Shown piece after piece: positions 52,360 through 64,000 of a DNA stretch of 64,000 nucleotides (its first letter is position 1; each line of letters opens with the position of its first letter). The stretch comes from an uncultured Pelagibacteraceae bacterium (GTDB lineage: Bacteria; Pseudomonadota; Alphaproteobacteria; Pelagibacterales; Pelagibacteraceae), in the NCBI GenBank assembly GCA_902608305.1, contig CACLNK010000001.1, positions 12,244-76,243 of the forward strand, written 5' to 3'. The translations under genes and the position numbers were made by a program. A model generated the notes under the pieces. The model was not told the DNA's origin, made no database searches, and saw nothing but the letters and a program-made list of their open reading frames with translations.

Positions 52360-54258
52360 ATGAATAACAAATTTAATGAAATTTATTCAAATTCAATTAA
52401 AAATCCTGATGAATTTTGGAAAAAAGTATCAGATGACATGTTTTGGTTTAAGAAACCAACAAAAATATTAAATAAATCCAACCCTCCTTTTTATAAATGG
52501 TATGAAGATGGAGTTACAAACACTTGCTACAATGCATTAGATGTTCATATTGACAAAGGTCGAGGCGACAGAACTGCTTTAATATATGATAGCCCCATAA
52601 CAGATAACAAAAGTAAATTTACATATAAAGAGTTAAGAGAAAAAGTTTCAAAGTTTGCGGGTGGATTAAAAAATCAAGGTATAAATAAAGGAGACAGAGT
52701 CATAGTTTATATGCCTATGATTCCTGAAGCTGTTATTGCTATGCTTGCATGTGCAAGAATAGGTGCGATCCATTCTGTAGTATTTGGGGGTTTTGCTTCA
52801 AATGAATTAGCTAATAGAATCGATGATAGTAAAGCCAAAATTTTAATCACCGCTTCTTGTGGTTTTGAGCCAGGAAGAACTGTTGAATATAAGCCTCTTG
52901 TTGACGAAGCTTTGAAGTTAGCTTCACACAAAATTGATAAACTTATTTTATTTCAAAGACCAGGTCATGAAGTAAAACTTAAATCACCAAAAGAAATAAA
53001 CTGGGAAGAATCATTGTCTAATGCAAAAAATGTTGATTGTGTTGAAATGAATTCAAACGAATTTGCTTATATTTTATATACTTCAGGTACAACTGGCCTA
53101 CCAAAAGGAATTGTTAGAGACATTGGGGGTCATATTGCAGCTCTTAAATGGACAATGAAAAATATTTACAATATTGATGAAAACGATGTTTGGTGGTCTG
53201 CAAGTGATATTGGCTGGATTGTAGGTCACTCTTATATTGTGTATGCTCCACTATTTAAAGGGTGCACAACCGTTTTGTTTGAAGGAAAACCTGTTGGAAC
53301 TCCAGATGCAGGCGTTTTTTGGAAAGTTATTTCAGATTATAAAGTTAAATCTCTTTTTACGGCCCCAACAGCTTTTAGAGCAATTAAAAAAGAAGACCCT
53401 GAAGGTAAATTTTTTTCAAAATATGATTTGAGTTCATTTGAATCTTTATTTTTGGCAGGTGAAAGAGCTGATCCCGATACAATTAAATGGGCTGAAAAAT
53501 TATTGAAAGTTCCAGTTATTGATCATTGGTGGCAAACCGAAACGAGTTGGGCAATCAGTTCTAATTGTACAGGAATAGAAATGCAAAAAACTAAATATGG
53601 CTCAGCATGTAAAGCTGTTCCAGGTTATGATGTTAAAGTTATAAAACCAGATCAATCTTTAGCAAAACCAAATGAAATGGGAGATATTGTTGTTAAACTC
53701 CCTCTTCCTCCAGGAACTTTTCCAACACTTTGGAATGCTGATCAAAGATATAAAGAAACTTATATGTCGAATTATCCTGGCTATTATCAAACTTATGATG
53801 CAGGGCATATTGATGATGATGGTTACGTTTGGATTATGTCTAGAACAGATGACATCATTAATGTTGCCGGACATAGGCTTTCAACTGGTGCAATTGAAGA
53901 AGTATTGTCTGAACATCAATCTGTTGCAGAATGTGCAGTCATTGGTATTGCAGATAAGTTAAAAGGTCAATTACCGATGGGCTTGCTAACACTTAAGTCT
54001 GGAGTTAAAAAAAGCAACGAAACTATATCTAAAGAATGCATTCAAATGGTCAGAGAAAAGGTTGGGCCTGTTGCTTCATTTAAAACCGCTATCGTTATAA
54101 AAAGACTACCTAAAACAAGATCAGGCAAAATATTAAGAGGAACAGTTAGAAAAATTGCAGATAATGAGTCTTATAAAATGCCTGCAACTATTGATGATCC
54201 TGCAATTTTAGATGAAATTAAAGCTGATTTAAAAAAACACAGTATTTTAAAATTTTAA
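52360..54258 (+). CDS. prpE: Propionate/acetate--CoA ligase
   Basis: HSVVFGGF, YTSGTTGLPKG, SDIGW, DHWWQTE, PKTRSGKILR. Confidence 0.88.
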   Translation: MNNKFNEIYSNSIKNPDEFWKKVSDDMFWFKKPTKILNKSNPPFYKWYEDGVTNTCYNALDVHIDKGRGDRTALIYDSPITDNKSKFTYKELREKVSKFAGGLKNQGINKGDRVIVYMPMIPEAVIAMLACARIGAIHSVVFGGFASNELANRIDDSKAKILITASCGFEPGRTVEYKPLVDEALKLASHKIDKLILFQRPGHEVKLKSPKEINWEESLSNAKNVDCVEMNSNEFAYILYTSGTTGLPKGIVRDIGGHIAALKWTMKNIYNIDENDVWWSASDIGWIVGHSYIVYAPLFKGCTTVLFEGKPVGTPDAGVFWKVISDYKVKSLFTAPTAFRAIKKEDPEGKFFSKYDLSSFESLFLAGERADPDTIKWAEKLLKVPVIDHWWQTETSWAISSNCTGIEMQKTKYGSACKAVPGYDVKVIKPDQSLAKPNEMGDIVVKLPLPPGTFPTLWNADQRYKETYMSNYPGYYQTYDAGHIDDDGYVWIMSRTDDIINVAGHRLSTGAIEEVLSEHQSVAECAVIGIADKLKGQLPMGLLTLKSGVKKSNETISKECIQMVREKVGPVASFKTAIVIKRLPKTRSGKILRGTVRKIADNESYKMPATIDDPAILDEIKADLKKHSILKF

Positions 54259-55551
54259 CGGTTTACCATTCGCTTTTTCGATTAGCTTACCATCCCAAAC
54301 AATTGCTTTTCCATTCACGATCGTTCCTAAAGGAAAACCTTTTACTTCGTAGCCATCAAATGGAGTCCAGCCACACTTACTTACAATCCAATCGTTTTTA
54401 ATAACTTTTTTCATATTCATATCCACGATGGTTAAATCAGCATCATATCCTTCTTTAATGTAACCTTTGTTTTTTATTCCAAAAATTCTTACAGGGTTTT
54501 CACAAACTAATTTTATAAATTTCTCCAATGTTAACTTGTTATTATTAATGTGGTTAAGCATAATAGGAATAAGAGTCTGTACACCAGGCATTCCAGATGG
54601 CGACTGAGGATACTCTTTCTTTTTGTTCTCTAAACTGTGTGGGGCATGATCTGAACCAATGGTATCAACTATTCCTTCTTTAACTGCTTTCCAAAGCATA
54701 ACTTGATGTTTTTGATCTCTAATCGGGGGATTCATTTGTGAAAGTGATCCGAGTTTATTGTAACAATCAGGTGCGCTTATTGTGAGATGCTGAGGAGTAA
54801 TTTCAAAACTTACATTACCTTTATACCTTGATAAAAATTCCACTTCTTCTTTTGTGGTAACGTGTAAAACATGTATTTTTTTATTATAGCGTTCAGCAAT
54901 TTTGACTACTCTTCTAGTGGATGACATTGCACATTCTTCGTTTCTCCAAAGAGGATGTGAACTGACTTCACCTTTTTTTATGAATTTTTTTCTGAGATTA
55001 AGAATATCTTCATCTTCTGAATGAATAGAAACAATTTTAGAACTATTTGAAATAACCTTTTCTATATCTTGTTCATCTTTAACTAAAAGATTTCCTGTAG
55101 AAGAACCTGCAAATAATTTTACTCCACAACATCCTTCAAGTTTATCTACATTTTTTAAATCTTCCATATTTTGAGGAGTTGCGCCAAAGTAAAAAGCATA
55201 ATTAGAAAACATTCTATTTTTTGCCAAGCTAAGTTTTTTATTAAATTCCGTTTGGTTCGATGTAGGTGGATTAGTATTTGGCATTTCGAAAACCGAAGTT
55301 ACTCCACCTAAAACTGCAGCTTTGCTTCCAGATTCTAAATCTTCCACATCTGTTGAGCCTGGTTCTCTAAAATGAACTTGTGTATCTATACAACCAGGTA
55401 AAACTGTTAATCCTTTTGCATCAAAAGTGTTTTTTGAGTTATTTTCAATCTTGCCAATTTTTTCAATTTTACCATCTTTTATTCCAATATCTTTATCTTT
55501 AAGATCGTTGTCTATATAACAAAAGCCGTTTTTAATGATTAAGTCTAACAT
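54247..55551 (-). CDS. pyrC: Dihydroorotase
   Basis: DTQVHFREPG, EMPNTNP, QMNPPIR, GSDHAPH. Confidence 0.88.
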   Translation of the reverse strand: MLDLIIKNGFCYIDNDLKDKDIGIKDGKIEKIGKIENNSKNTFDAKGLTVLPGCIDTQVHFREPGSTDVEDLESGSKAAVLGGVTSVFEMPNTNPPTSNQTEFNKKLSLAKNRMFSNYAFYFGATPQNMEDLKNVDKLEGCCGVKLFAGSSTGNLLVKDEQDIEKVISNSSKIVSIHSEDEDILNLRKKFIKKGEVSSHPLWRNEECAMSSTRRVVKIAERYNKKIHVLHVTTKEEVEFLSRYKGNVSFEITPQHLTISAPDCYNKLGSLSQMNPPIRDQKHQVMLWKAVKEGIVDTIGSDHAPHSLENKKKEYPQSPSGMPGVQTLIPIMLNHINNNKLTLEKFIKLVCENPVRIFGIKNKGYIKEGYDADLTIVDMNMKKVIKNDWIVSKCGWTPFDGYEVKGFPLGTIVNGKAIVWDGKLIEKANGKPLKF

Positions 55552-55594
55552 TTCGTAGAAAAGTAATTATATTATAAATGATTAGCAATCAAAT

Positions 55595-56479
55595 ATGAAT
55601 ATTAATAGTGCTTGTATTTTAGAAGACCGAGGTATTCTGTTCGTGGATGGGGAGGATGCTAAGGATTTTTTACAAAATATTATAACCAATGATATAAACA
55701 AAGTTAATGATGCTAACTCATGTTTTGCTTCACTGCTAACGCCTCAAGGAAAGTTCTTATTCGATTTTTTAGTTATTAAACACAAGAAAGGATACTTTAT
55801 TGATTGTGAAAAAATACAAATCAATGATCTATTTAAACAACTTTCTTTATATAAATTAAGATCTAACGTCCAAATTTTAAACTTGAGTAACGAGTTCGTA
55901 GTTGTTGCTTTAAGCTATGAAAAGTTTAATTCAATCAAAAGTTCTAAAGATAAATTAGGATTTACAATTAAATATGAAGAAGACCCTATTTTACTAGATC
56001 CAAGAAATAAAAGGCTTGGAGCTAGATTGGTTATAAATCTTGAAAAACTTTACTTATCATTAAAAAAACTTGACTTAAAATCTGTTAAACCAGAAGAATA
56101 TTATAATTTAAGTTTTGATTTAGGTGTTCCCCAACAAAATACAAATAAGCTTAAAGATAAAATATTTGGAATAGAGTGTAACTTTGAAGAACTTAATGCA
56201 ATTGATTTTAAAAAAGGATGTTATGTTGGTCAAGAAAACACCTCAAGAATTAAACTTAAAAATAAATTAACAAAAAGGTTATTACCAGTCAAAATAATTG
56301 AGGGAAATATAAGTGAAGGAGATATAATTTTTAACAAAGACACTGAAATTGGAAAAGTCTTAATTGATCAAAATTATCCCTTTGCGGTAATTAAATATAC
56401 CTCTGAAAAATTCGATTTTAATTCAATTTTTAAAATCAATAATGCGAAAGTTAAAATAATAAAACCCAATTGGCTTTAA
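55595..56479 (+). CDS. ygfZ: Folate-binding Fe-S maturation protein YgfZ
   Basis: LLTPQGK, KGCYVGQE signature. Confidence 0.93.
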   Translation: MNINSACILEDRGILFVDGEDAKDFLQNIITNDINKVNDANSCFASLLTPQGKFLFDFLVIKHKKGYFIDCEKIQINDLFKQLSLYKLRSNVQILNLSNEFVVVALSYEKFNSIKSSKDKLGFTIKYEEDPILLDPRNKRLGARLVINLEKLYLSLKKLDLKSVKPEEYYNLSFDLGVPQQNTNKLKDKIFGIECNFEELNAIDFKKGCYVGQENTSRIKLKNKLTKRLLPVKIIEGNISEGDIIFNKDTEIGKVLIDQNYPFAVIKYTSEKFDFNSIFKINNAKVKIIKPNWL

Positions 56480-56496
56480 TTTAAAACCTCTATACT

Positions 56497-56868
56497 TTAT
56501 TTTAAAAATTTACTTAAATTTGGTTTAAAATATTTTGGCCCCTTCATCACTTTTCCCATCTCATTATAAATTGGCTTTCCATCTTCACCTGGTTTGCTCA
56601 TATTTGATTCTTGAACTTCATTGAAACATTTATCTAAATCGATGCCAAAAGCGTGGCCCGCACCATACGTTACATACAATATGTCTGTTAGAGCGTCAGC
56701 CACTTCTAATAGATCTTTCTCTTCTATAGCTATTCTTAATTCTTCTAATTCCTCTTTAATTAAATTGTATCTAAGTTGATTAATTTGATCTGTTCCGAAT
56801 GAAGCTTTATTCTTTACTTCCTGGCCAAAGGTATTCATAAATATTTTTACTTTTTCAAAATTAGTCAT
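56497..56868 (-). CDS. MazG-like all-alpha NTP pyrophosphohydrolase
   Basis: LIKEELEEL, EVADALTDILYV, SNMSK, GKVMKGP. Confidence 0.88.
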   Translation of the reverse strand: MTNFEKVKIFMNTFGQEVKNKASFGTDQINQLRYNLIKEELEELRIAIEEKDLLEVADALTDILYVTYGAGHAFGIDLDKCFNEVQESNMSKPGEDGKPIYNEMGKVMKGPKYFKPNLSKFLK

Positions 56869-56935
56869 TTTACTCCTGTAAGATTCTTTTATATAAGTAT
56901 ATATGATAATTAGAACAACTCGAAAAATTTAACAA

Positions 56936-58324
56936 ATGAAATTTAGAAAAGAATCTGATAGCTTGGGTACAGTTTTAGTACCTGCAGATAAATATTGGGG
57001 TGCGTCCACCCAAAGATCTAACAAATATTTTAATATTGGTGATTTTTTAGTAAGACCAATTGTTATTCAATCTATTGCGATGATCAAAAAAGCTGCAGCA
57101 ATAGTCCATACAAAAAATAGAGATATGGATAAAAAAATTAGTAGAGCAATCATTAAAGCAGCAAACGAAGTGATATCTGGCAAACATAAAGCTCATTTTC
57201 CTCTAAAAGTCTGGCAAACTGGATCGGGTACACAAACTAATATGAATGTTAATGAGGTAATAGCCAATAGAGCAATTGAAATTCTCGGTGGAAAGAAAGG
57301 AACTAAAAAACCAGTACATCCAAATGACCATGTTAATAAATCACAATCTACAAATGATGTTTTCCCAACTGCAATGCATATGGCTATAGCAATTAGAACA
57401 AAAGGAAAATTAATACCGTCTCTTAAATTACTTAATTCAGAATTAAAAAAAAAAACTAAACAATTCAGTAAAATTATAAAAATTGGAAGAACTCATCTTC
57501 AGGATGCAACGCCAATAACATTGGGACAAGAATTTTCAGGGTATCACTCACAATTAAGCAAATGTATTGAAAGAATTGAATTGGCACTTGAAGAAATATA
57601 TTTTTTAGCCCAAGGTGGAACAGCGGTAGGCACGGGTTTAAATACCAAAAAAGACTTTGATAAAAAAATAGTAACTGAATTAAAAAAAATTACTAAACTT
57701 CCTTTTAAACCATCACCAAATAAATTTGCCGCATTAGCTTCTCACGACGCTATAGTGAATTTTTCTGGAACAATGAATACAACTGCAGTTTGTTTAATGA
57801 AAATCGCAAATGACATTAGGTTTTTAGGATCTGGTCCAAGAGCTGGATATGGAGAATTAATATTACCAGAAAACGAGCCAGGTTCATCAATTATGCCTGG
57901 AAAAATTAATCCAACACAATGTGAAGCTGTTACTATGGTTTGCGTAAAAGTAATTGGAAACCATAACGGTATAACAATGGCAGGTTCTCAAGGACATTTT
58001 GAGTTAAATGTTTTTAAACCTTTAATAATACATAATATATTGCAATCTATTCATATAATGGCCGACTCTTCGAAAAGTTTTGCAAACTATTGTGTTAGAG
58101 GTTTAAGAGCTAACAAAAAAAAAATTCAAGAACTTTTAAATAATTCTTTAATGCTTGTTACCGCTTTAGCTCCAAAAATAGGATATGATAATGCCGCAAA
58201 GATTTCAAAAAAAGCTCACAAAAATGGAACTACGTTAAAAGAGGAAGCTATAAAATCTGGTTTAATAAGCAATAAAGAATATAATAAAATAGTAGATCCA
58301 AAAAAAATGATCAAACCTTATTAA
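56936..58324 (+). CDS. fumC: Fumarate hydratase class II
   Basis: [40 protein letters not shown]. Confidence 0.98.
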   Translation: MKFRKESDSLGTVLVPADKYWGASTQRSNKYFNIGDFLVRPIVIQSIAMIKKAAAIVHTKNRDMDKKISRAIIKAANEVISGKHKAHFPLKVWQTGSGTQTNMNVNEVIANRAIEILGGKKGTKKPVHPNDHVNKSQSTNDVFPTAMHMAIAIRTKGKLIPSLKLLNSELKKKTKQFSKIIKIGRTHLQDATPITLGQEFSGYHSQLSKCIERIELALEEIYFLAQGGTAVGTGLNTKKDFDKKIVTELKKITKLPFKPSPNKFAALASHDAIVNFSGTMNTTAVCLMKIANDIRFLGSGPRAGYGELILPENEPGSSIMPGKINPTQCEAVTMVCVKVIGNHNGITMAGSQGHFELNVFKPLIIHNILQSIHIMADSSKSFANYCVRGLRANKKKIQELLNNSLMLVTALAPKIGYDNAAKISKKAHKNGTTLKEEAIKSGLISNKEYNKIVDPKKMIKPY

Positions 58325-59789
58325 TTTCATTAAATATTTCGTTAAAAAATTTCTTTAAATCAAAAAAACTATTAATTTTTACATGATCACTAAGATTATA
58401 ATTTTTCAAAAAAAGTTCAATATCTTCAAATGGGTAATTTTTCGTTTTTGGATAAATTTCAAATTTATAAATTTTTAAATCATTTGTATTTAAATTTTTA
58501 TCAATTTCAAAAATAATTTTATTTAATGGTTTTCTTAAATTTTTAGGAACTTGAAATCTTTGATAAAATTTTTTTTCATTAGTAATATCAAGCACTGCTT
58601 TGGTTCTTAACAAATTATCTTCGTTTAATTTTGTTAATTGACTATCGTATAAAGTTAAAAAACCAAATCTTTCGGAAATTAATTTAGTATTATCAAATTT
58701 CATTTTACCATTATTAAAATTAATAATAAATTTTGCCTGATCAAAAATTTTGTTTTTGCTTAAGTTATTAATATCAATTGTTAAGTTTCCATTAAAATTT
58801 TTATGAAAATAAATATCACTATTTATTAAATCATTAACTAAAAATTTTTTATCAAATATTCTGGATAAATTCATTTTATCTACAACAAAATTAATATTAA
58901 AAAAGAAAGGATGAAAATTAATTTTACCATGTGTAGAAATTTTGCTATCATTTATTTTGGAATCTTGTGATGAAAAAATTAATAATTTATTATCAAACTT
59001 AACATTTGTTTTAATTCTAGAACCAATAAAATTTATTGTTTGATTCCCAGTATATTGAATATTCTCTTTAAGAATATCTTTTTGCAGATTGCTTTTTACA
59101 ATAAGATTGATTTCTTTAAATTTTAATAAAAATTTTGATTTTCCTAAATTATTTAAATCACTAGTCCATTTTAAGTCAAACGATGTATTAAAACCTTTTC
59201 CATATATATTTAATTTATTGTGATTTGTTTTATCGTTAAAAAAAGCATCTAAATTATCAATTGTAAATATAGCTAATGCTCCATGGTCATTATTTTGTTT
59301 TAAAAATATTTTACTTTTTTTTATTAAAATTTTTTTTTTTGAAGCCTTATTTTGCAAATAATCACTCAAAAATTTCCATGAGCTATTATTCAAATTAAAA
59401 ATTGATTCTTGAAATAAAATTTTATTAATTTTTAATTTTTCTTGTTTATAAAGATTACCGATAGATATATAAATTTTTAATTTTTTTATTTGTCCAAACT
59501 CATCAACTTTATCTTTTGTTTCCAAATGTAGCGTGCTATCAAATATTTCAAAATAGGGCGAAGGTAATTTTATGTACTTAATATTTTTTGATAAAGTGAT
59601 TTTAAGTTTAAATTCTTCTAATAATTTAATTTCCAGTTGTTTTTGAAGACTTTCATAATTATATAAAGATGGTATTGATAGATAGAAAATATAAGAAAAT
59701 AAAAAAACAATAGTTAAAATTAAATATCGATTAAAATGGCTTATTTCATTTAAAGAACTTATTATTTTTTTTATTTTTAGCTTTTTCAT
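58311..59789 (-). CDS. Membrane-anchored hypothetical protein, possibly AsmA-like
   Basis: Single N-terminal TM then beta-rich periplasmic region; family call weak. Confidence 0.5.
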   Translation of the reverse strand: MKKLKIKKIISSLNEISHFNRYLILTIVFLFSYIFYLSIPSLYNYESLQKQLEIKLLEEFKLKITLSKNIKYIKLPSPYFEIFDSTLHLETKDKVDEFGQIKKLKIYISIGNLYKQEKLKINKILFQESIFNLNNSSWKFLSDYLQNKASKKKILIKKSKIFLKQNNDHGALAIFTIDNLDAFFNDKTNHNKLNIYGKGFNTSFDLKWTSDLNNLGKSKFLLKFKEINLIVKSNLQKDILKENIQYTGNQTINFIGSRIKTNVKFDNKLLIFSSQDSKINDSKISTHGKINFHPFFFNINFVVDKMNLSRIFDKKFLVNDLINSDIYFHKNFNGNLTIDINNLSKNKIFDQAKFIINFNNGKMKFDNTKLISERFGFLTLYDSQLTKLNEDNLLRTKAVLDITNEKKFYQRFQVPKNLRKPLNKIIFEIDKNLNTNDLKIYKFEIYPKTKNYPFEDIELFLKNYNLSDHVKINSFFDLKKFFNEIFNEINKV

Positions 59790-59824
59790 AAATTAACATA
59801 TTTGAGATATATTAATAAATTGTA

Positions 59825-61852
59825 ATGACAAATTTAGAATATTTAAATAGTCTAAATAAAGCGCAAAGAGAAGCGGTTTTTTATTTGAATGGACCATTAT
59901 TAATTGTTGCTGGAGCTGGTTCAGGTAAAACAAAAGTCCTAACTTCTAGAATTGTACATATTATTAGAGAAAAAAAAGCCTATCCTAATCAAATTCTTTC
60001 AGTCACTTTTACAAATAAAGCTGCCAAAGAAATGCAAAATAGAGTTAGTGATATTCTTAAAAAAGAAGCAATTGGATTATCTTGGCTTGGAACTTTTCAT
60101 TCAATAAGCGCAAAATTATTAAGAAAACACGCACAAGCAGTTAATTTACATTCAAATTTTTCAATAATTGATCAGGATGATCAAGTAAGATTAATTAAAA
60201 ATATTTGTAAAGCAGAAAACATTGACATTAAAAAAATTTCACCGAAATATATTTTAACTATTATTGATAAGTGGAAGAATAAAGGTTGGTATCCTGATCA
60301 AGTAATTATTAAAAAAAAAGATTTATTAGAAAAAGGTTTTTTATCAATTTATAAAATTTATCAACAAAAACTAATAGATCTTAATGCCTGTGACTTTAGT
60401 GATTTAATATTGCACTGCGTAAAAATTTTTGAAAAATATCCTGATATAATTGAATTATATTCAAAAAATTTTAAATACATTTTAGTCGATGAATATCAAG
60501 ATACTAATTTTATACAAAGTAAATGGTTAAATTATTTGGCCAAGCATAATAAAAACATTTGTTGTGTAGGAGATGATGATCAATCAATTTATAGTTGGAG
60601 AGGTGCTGAGATTAAAAATTTTTTAGACTTTGATAAAATTTATGAAAATACTAAAATTATAAGACTGGAAAAAAATTATAGATCTACACAAAATATTTTA
60701 TCTGTTGCATCACAACTTATTAAAAATAATCAAAGTAGAGTAGGAAAAAATTTGTATACAAATGGTGAAGAAGGAAAATTAGTTTCGCTTAACTGCTTTA
60801 GAAGTGGAAAAGATGAGGCGATAGGATTAGCTGATCAAATTGAAAAATTAAAAAAAAATTATTTATTAAACAATGTTGCTATTCTTGTAAGAGCAATTTT
60901 TCAAACTAGAGAGTTTGAAGAAAGATTTTTAAAAATTGGTTTGCCTTACAGAATTATTGGAGGCACAAAATTTTATGAAAGAGCAGAAATTAAAGATTGT
61001 GTTGCATATTTAAGGATTGTTTATCAAAGTCAAGATGATTTATCTTTTGAGAGGGTTATTAATAATCCCAAAAGATCAATTGGAGATACAACTATAAAAC
61101 AAATCAATGAATTTGCAAAAAAAAACAATTGTTCTTTAGAAATTGCTTCAAAAAAACTAATTGAAAAAAACCTAATAAAACCCAAAACAAAAATTGGATT
61201 AAATTCTTTTCTAAATTTAACTAACAAATGGAGAAATGATTTTAATGTAAAAAAAATTGGACATATAAAACTTTTACAAATTATCCTTGATGAGTCTGGT
61301 TACAGTAAAATGCTTAAAAATAAAAAAGATTTAGAAAATGAAAATAGATTAGAAAATATTAAAGAATTATTAAATGCAATGAAAGAGTTTGATAATTTAG
61401 ACAGTTTTTTAGATCATGTTGCTTTAGCGACATCAATAGACCAGGATTGGAAAGGTCAAAAAGTTAATTTAATGACCATGCATGCATCAAAAGGGTTGGA
61501 GTTTGATGTAATTTTTTTACCTGGCTGGGAAGAAGGTCTTTTTCCCCACCAAAAATCTATCGAGGAAAAAGGTGAGAATGGTTTAGAAGAAGAACGAAGA
61601 TTAGCTTATGTCGGTATAACGAGAGCAAAAAAAATTGCAAACATATCTTTTGCAATGAACAGATACTATCAGGGTGACTGGATTGATAGCCTTGCCTCAA
61701 GATTTATAGATGAATTACCTAATGAAAATATTGAGAAAAATAATTTTTTTGAAGGAAGCCAAAATAAAGATTTTGATTTCAACCAAGATATTGAATTTGA
61801 AAACGAAATTAAGAGTCCTGGATGGATAAGATATCAAAAAAGAATTAAATGA
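59825..61852 (+). CDS. uvrD: UvrD/PcrA DNA helicase
   Basis: AGAGSGKT, TFTNKAA, DEYQD, GDDDQSIY, NYRS, HASKGLEF, EERRLAYVGITRA. Confidence 0.96.
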   Translation: MTNLEYLNSLNKAQREAVFYLNGPLLIVAGAGSGKTKVLTSRIVHIIREKKAYPNQILSVTFTNKAAKEMQNRVSDILKKEAIGLSWLGTFHSISAKLLRKHAQAVNLHSNFSIIDQDDQVRLIKNICKAENIDIKKISPKYILTIIDKWKNKGWYPDQVIIKKKDLLEKGFLSIYKIYQQKLIDLNACDFSDLILHCVKIFEKYPDIIELYSKNFKYILVDEYQDTNFIQSKWLNYLAKHNKNICCVGDDDQSIYSWRGAEIKNFLDFDKIYENTKIIRLEKNYRSTQNILSVASQLIKNNQSRVGKNLYTNGEEGKLVSLNCFRSGKDEAIGLADQIEKLKKNYLLNNVAILVRAIFQTREFEERFLKIGLPYRIIGGTKFYERAEIKDCVAYLRIVYQSQDDLSFERVINNPKRSIGDTTIKQINEFAKKNNCSLEIASKKLIEKNLIKPKTKIGLNSFLNLTNKWRNDFNVKKIGHIKLLQIILDESGYSKMLKNKKDLENENRLENIKELLNAMKEFDNLDSFLDHVALATSIDQDWKGQKVNLMTMHASKGLEFDVIFLPGWEEGLFPHQKSIEEKGENGLEEERRLAYVGITRAKKIANISFAMNRYYQGDWIDSLASRFIDELPNENIEKNNFFEGSQNKDFDFNQDIEFENEIKSPGWIRYQKRIK

Positions 61853-63546
61853 TTGATAAAAGAATTAAACAATTAAGAAATAAATTTAATCGATTTAATA
61901 TTGATGGATATATAGTTCCAAAAAATGATGAATTTTTTTCTGAATATGCCGTTGTAGATCGTTTAAAAATTATTTCTAATTTTAGTGGATCAGCTGGATT
62001 AGCAGTTGTTTTAAGAAAAAATAATTATTTGTTTGTTGATGGAAGATATACAATTCAAGCGCAACAACAATCTGGCAAACAATTTAAAATAATCGAGATT
62101 CATAAATTTCTACCTCATAAGATCATTAAAAATCTAACACTTGGATTTGACCCAAGCTTACTTACAAGAAAACAATTAAATGTCTATTTTGGCAACTCAT
62201 TAATGTTAAAACAAATAAATAAAAACTTAATAGATGAAATTTACAAAGAAAAATCCTCTAAAACAAAAACCTTTTTTTCTTTGAATAATAAAGTTGCCGG
62301 CGAAACTTTCAAGTCAAAATTAAATAAAATTAGAAATATATTAAAATTAAATAAAGCTGATTACTTATTTGTAAGTGCTCCAGAAAATGTGGCTTGGACT
62401 CTAAATATTCGCGGATCGGATAATCCAAATAGTCCTATACCCAATTGTCGTTTAATAATTGGAAAAGACAAAAGTTTATTTTTAATTACACAAAAAGAAA
62501 AAGTTTTAAAAATAATTAAAGATAAGAAACTGTCTCAAAAACAAATAATAAATCCCAGTAAATTTAAAAATTTAATTAAAGAATTAAAAGGGAATAAATT
62601 TGTTATAGATTCTTTGTCTTGTTCAGTTATTAATGAAAATATAATTAAATCAAAATTTCATATTATTAATATAGATGATCCTTGTTATAAATTAAAATCA
62701 ATCAAAAATTCATCTGAAATCAAACATATGATTAATGCTCATATTGAAGATGGTGTTGCTTTAACTAAATTTATTTATTGGATAAAAAATATTAATAAAA
62801 AAAAAATAACTGAAATTGATTCACAAAATAAATTAGAAAAATTTAGAAAACTTAATAAAAATTATTTATTTCCTAGTTTTAATACAATAGCTGGTACCGG
62901 ATCCAATGGTGCCATTGTTCATTATAGAGCATCCAATAAATCTAATAAAACTATTAAAAAAAGTGATATTTTTTTATGTGACTCAGGTGGTCAATATAAA
63001 TTTGGAACAACGGATGTAACAAGGACTATTTGTTTTTCTAAACAAAAAAATTCTATTAAAGATATATTTACTAAAGTATTAAAAGGTCACATTGCTGTTG
63101 CCACAACTAACCTAAAAAAATTTAATACTGGAAAAAAAATTGATGCTAGAGCTAGACATTTTTTGAAAAAAGATGGACTTGACTATGCACATGGCACAGG
63201 ACATGGAGTAGGTTTTTTTTCTAACGTTCATGAAGGTCCTCAATCTATAACTAAAATTAATACTGTTAAACTCGAAAAAGGAATGATTGTTAGTAATGAA
63301 CCTGGATATTATAAAAAAGGACATTATGGAATTAGAATAGAAAACTTGGTTTATATAAAAAAAATTAATAAAAAATTAAATTTTGAAAATTTAACACTTG
63401 CACCAATTGAAAAAGATCTTATTAACTTCAATCTATTGACCTATAGAGAGAAAAATTACTTATTTCAGTATCATTTAAATGTTTATTCAAAAATATCAAA
63501 GTTTTTAAATAACAATGAAAGGAAATGGTTAGCTAGTCTTATTTAG
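61849..63546 (+). CDS. Xaa-Pro aminopeptidase (M24)
   Basis: FSGSAG, DGRY, DSGGQY, TTDVTRT, HGTGHGVG, HEGP, SNEPG, GIRIEN. Confidence 0.93.
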   Translation: MIDKRIKQLRNKFNRFNIDGYIVPKNDEFFSEYAVVDRLKIISNFSGSAGLAVVLRKNNYLFVDGRYTIQAQQQSGKQFKIIEIHKFLPHKIIKNLTLGFDPSLLTRKQLNVYFGNSLMLKQINKNLIDEIYKEKSSKTKTFFSLNNKVAGETFKSKLNKIRNILKLNKADYLFVSAPENVAWTLNIRGSDNPNSPIPNCRLIIGKDKSLFLITQKEKVLKIIKDKKLSQKQIINPSKFKNLIKELKGNKFVIDSLSCSVINENIIKSKFHIINIDDPCYKLKSIKNSSEIKHMINAHIEDGVALTKFIYWIKNINKKKITEIDSQNKLEKFRKLNKNYLFPSFNTIAGTGSNGAIVHYRASNKSNKTIKKSDIFLCDSGGQYKFGTTDVTRTICFSKQKNSIKDIFTKVLKGHIAVATTNLKKFNTGKKIDARARHFLKKDGLDYAHGTGHGVGFFSNVHEGPQSITKINTVKLEKGMIVSNEPGYYKKGHYGIRIENLVYIKKINKKLNFENLTLAPIEKDLINFNLLTYREKNYLFQYHLNVYSKISKFLNNNERKWLASLI

Positions 63547-64000
63547 CATTTTCATCCATTCATCTTGGGTAAGTACTTTTATGTTTAATTCCTTTGCTTT
63601 TTTAATTTTTTTGTTAGTTGGTTTTTCTCCAATGACTAAATAATTAAGTTTTCTATTAACATTACTTATTATTTTTCCAGACTTTTGCTCTACTAAAGAT
63701 TTGGCTTCTGCTCTACTCATTTCTTTTAATTTTCCCGTAAACATAAAAGCTTTATTTTTTAGAATTCCGCCTTTTTTAGTAGATATTGAATCAAAAACTT
63801 TCATATTTTTATTCAATTTCTCTAGAATATCGAGGTTAATTTTGTTTGAAAAAAAAACTCTAATTGACTTAATTTGAGTTTCGCCAATTCCATCAATATT
63901 CGATAAATTTTCGATATTATCAGTTTTCAATAATTTATAAAAGTTTTCAAAATTTTTTAGGTGTTGTGCTAAAAGTTTTGCATTTTCTTGTCCAATATGG
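63529..64000 (-). CDS. ligA: NAD-dependent DNA ligase, 3' part (HhH + BRCT), truncated by window edge
   Basis: Frame open to edge: HIGQENAKLLA, IDGIGE, FTGKL...SRAEAK BRCT. Confidence 0.93.
   Translation of the reverse strand, partial: HIGQENAKLLAQHLKNFENFYKLLKTDNIENLSNIDGIGETQIKSIRVFFSNKINLDILEKLNKNMKVFDSISTKKGGILKNKAFMFTGKLKEMSRAEAKSLVEQKSGKIISNVNRKLNYLVIGEKPTNKKIKKAKELNIKVLTQDEWMKMLNKTS

Noticed and set aside
55370-55395. pyrC DTQVH instead of DxHxH suggesting an inactive enzyme
   Set aside because: I recall this variant in other alphaproteobacterial dihydroorotases, and the other metal and substrate motifs are intact

Overview
Very AT-rich, densely packed alphaproteobacterial chromosome segment with gene content and order typical of Pelagibacterales (SAR11). 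The lineage is inferred from composition, synteny and the proteorhodopsin-fdx-FNR-GST block. Most of it is housekeeping: rpoH(3')/purA/thiD/glmM/folP/ftsH/tilS, tol-pal, tkt-gap-pgk-fba, efp, rpmE, rpsU, tRNA-fMet, guaAB, pssA/psd, icd, alaS, recA, umuDC, dksA, prpE, pyrC, fumC, uvrD, pepP, ligA(3'). There are two accessory spots: a sugar-modification islet after tRNA-fMet preceded by a decayed integrase-like remnant, and a variable cassette between umuC and dksA. Main observations: (1) a blue-type DTE proteorhodopsin with Asn in place of the conserved His75 plus other pocket substitutions; (2) an uncalled 27-aa Lys/Arg-rich ORF with a strong SD; (3) a phage/MOC1-type resolvase in the ruvCAB slot; (4) no room for 6S RNA between zapA and ygfA; (5) a probable ATT start for rpsU; (6) tolA split at an A14 tract; (7) a umuDC promoter combining a LexA box, a DnaA box and clustered GANTC sites. 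No CRISPR array, rRNA or intact mobile element was seen. All calls come from motif recognition by eye; no searches were run.
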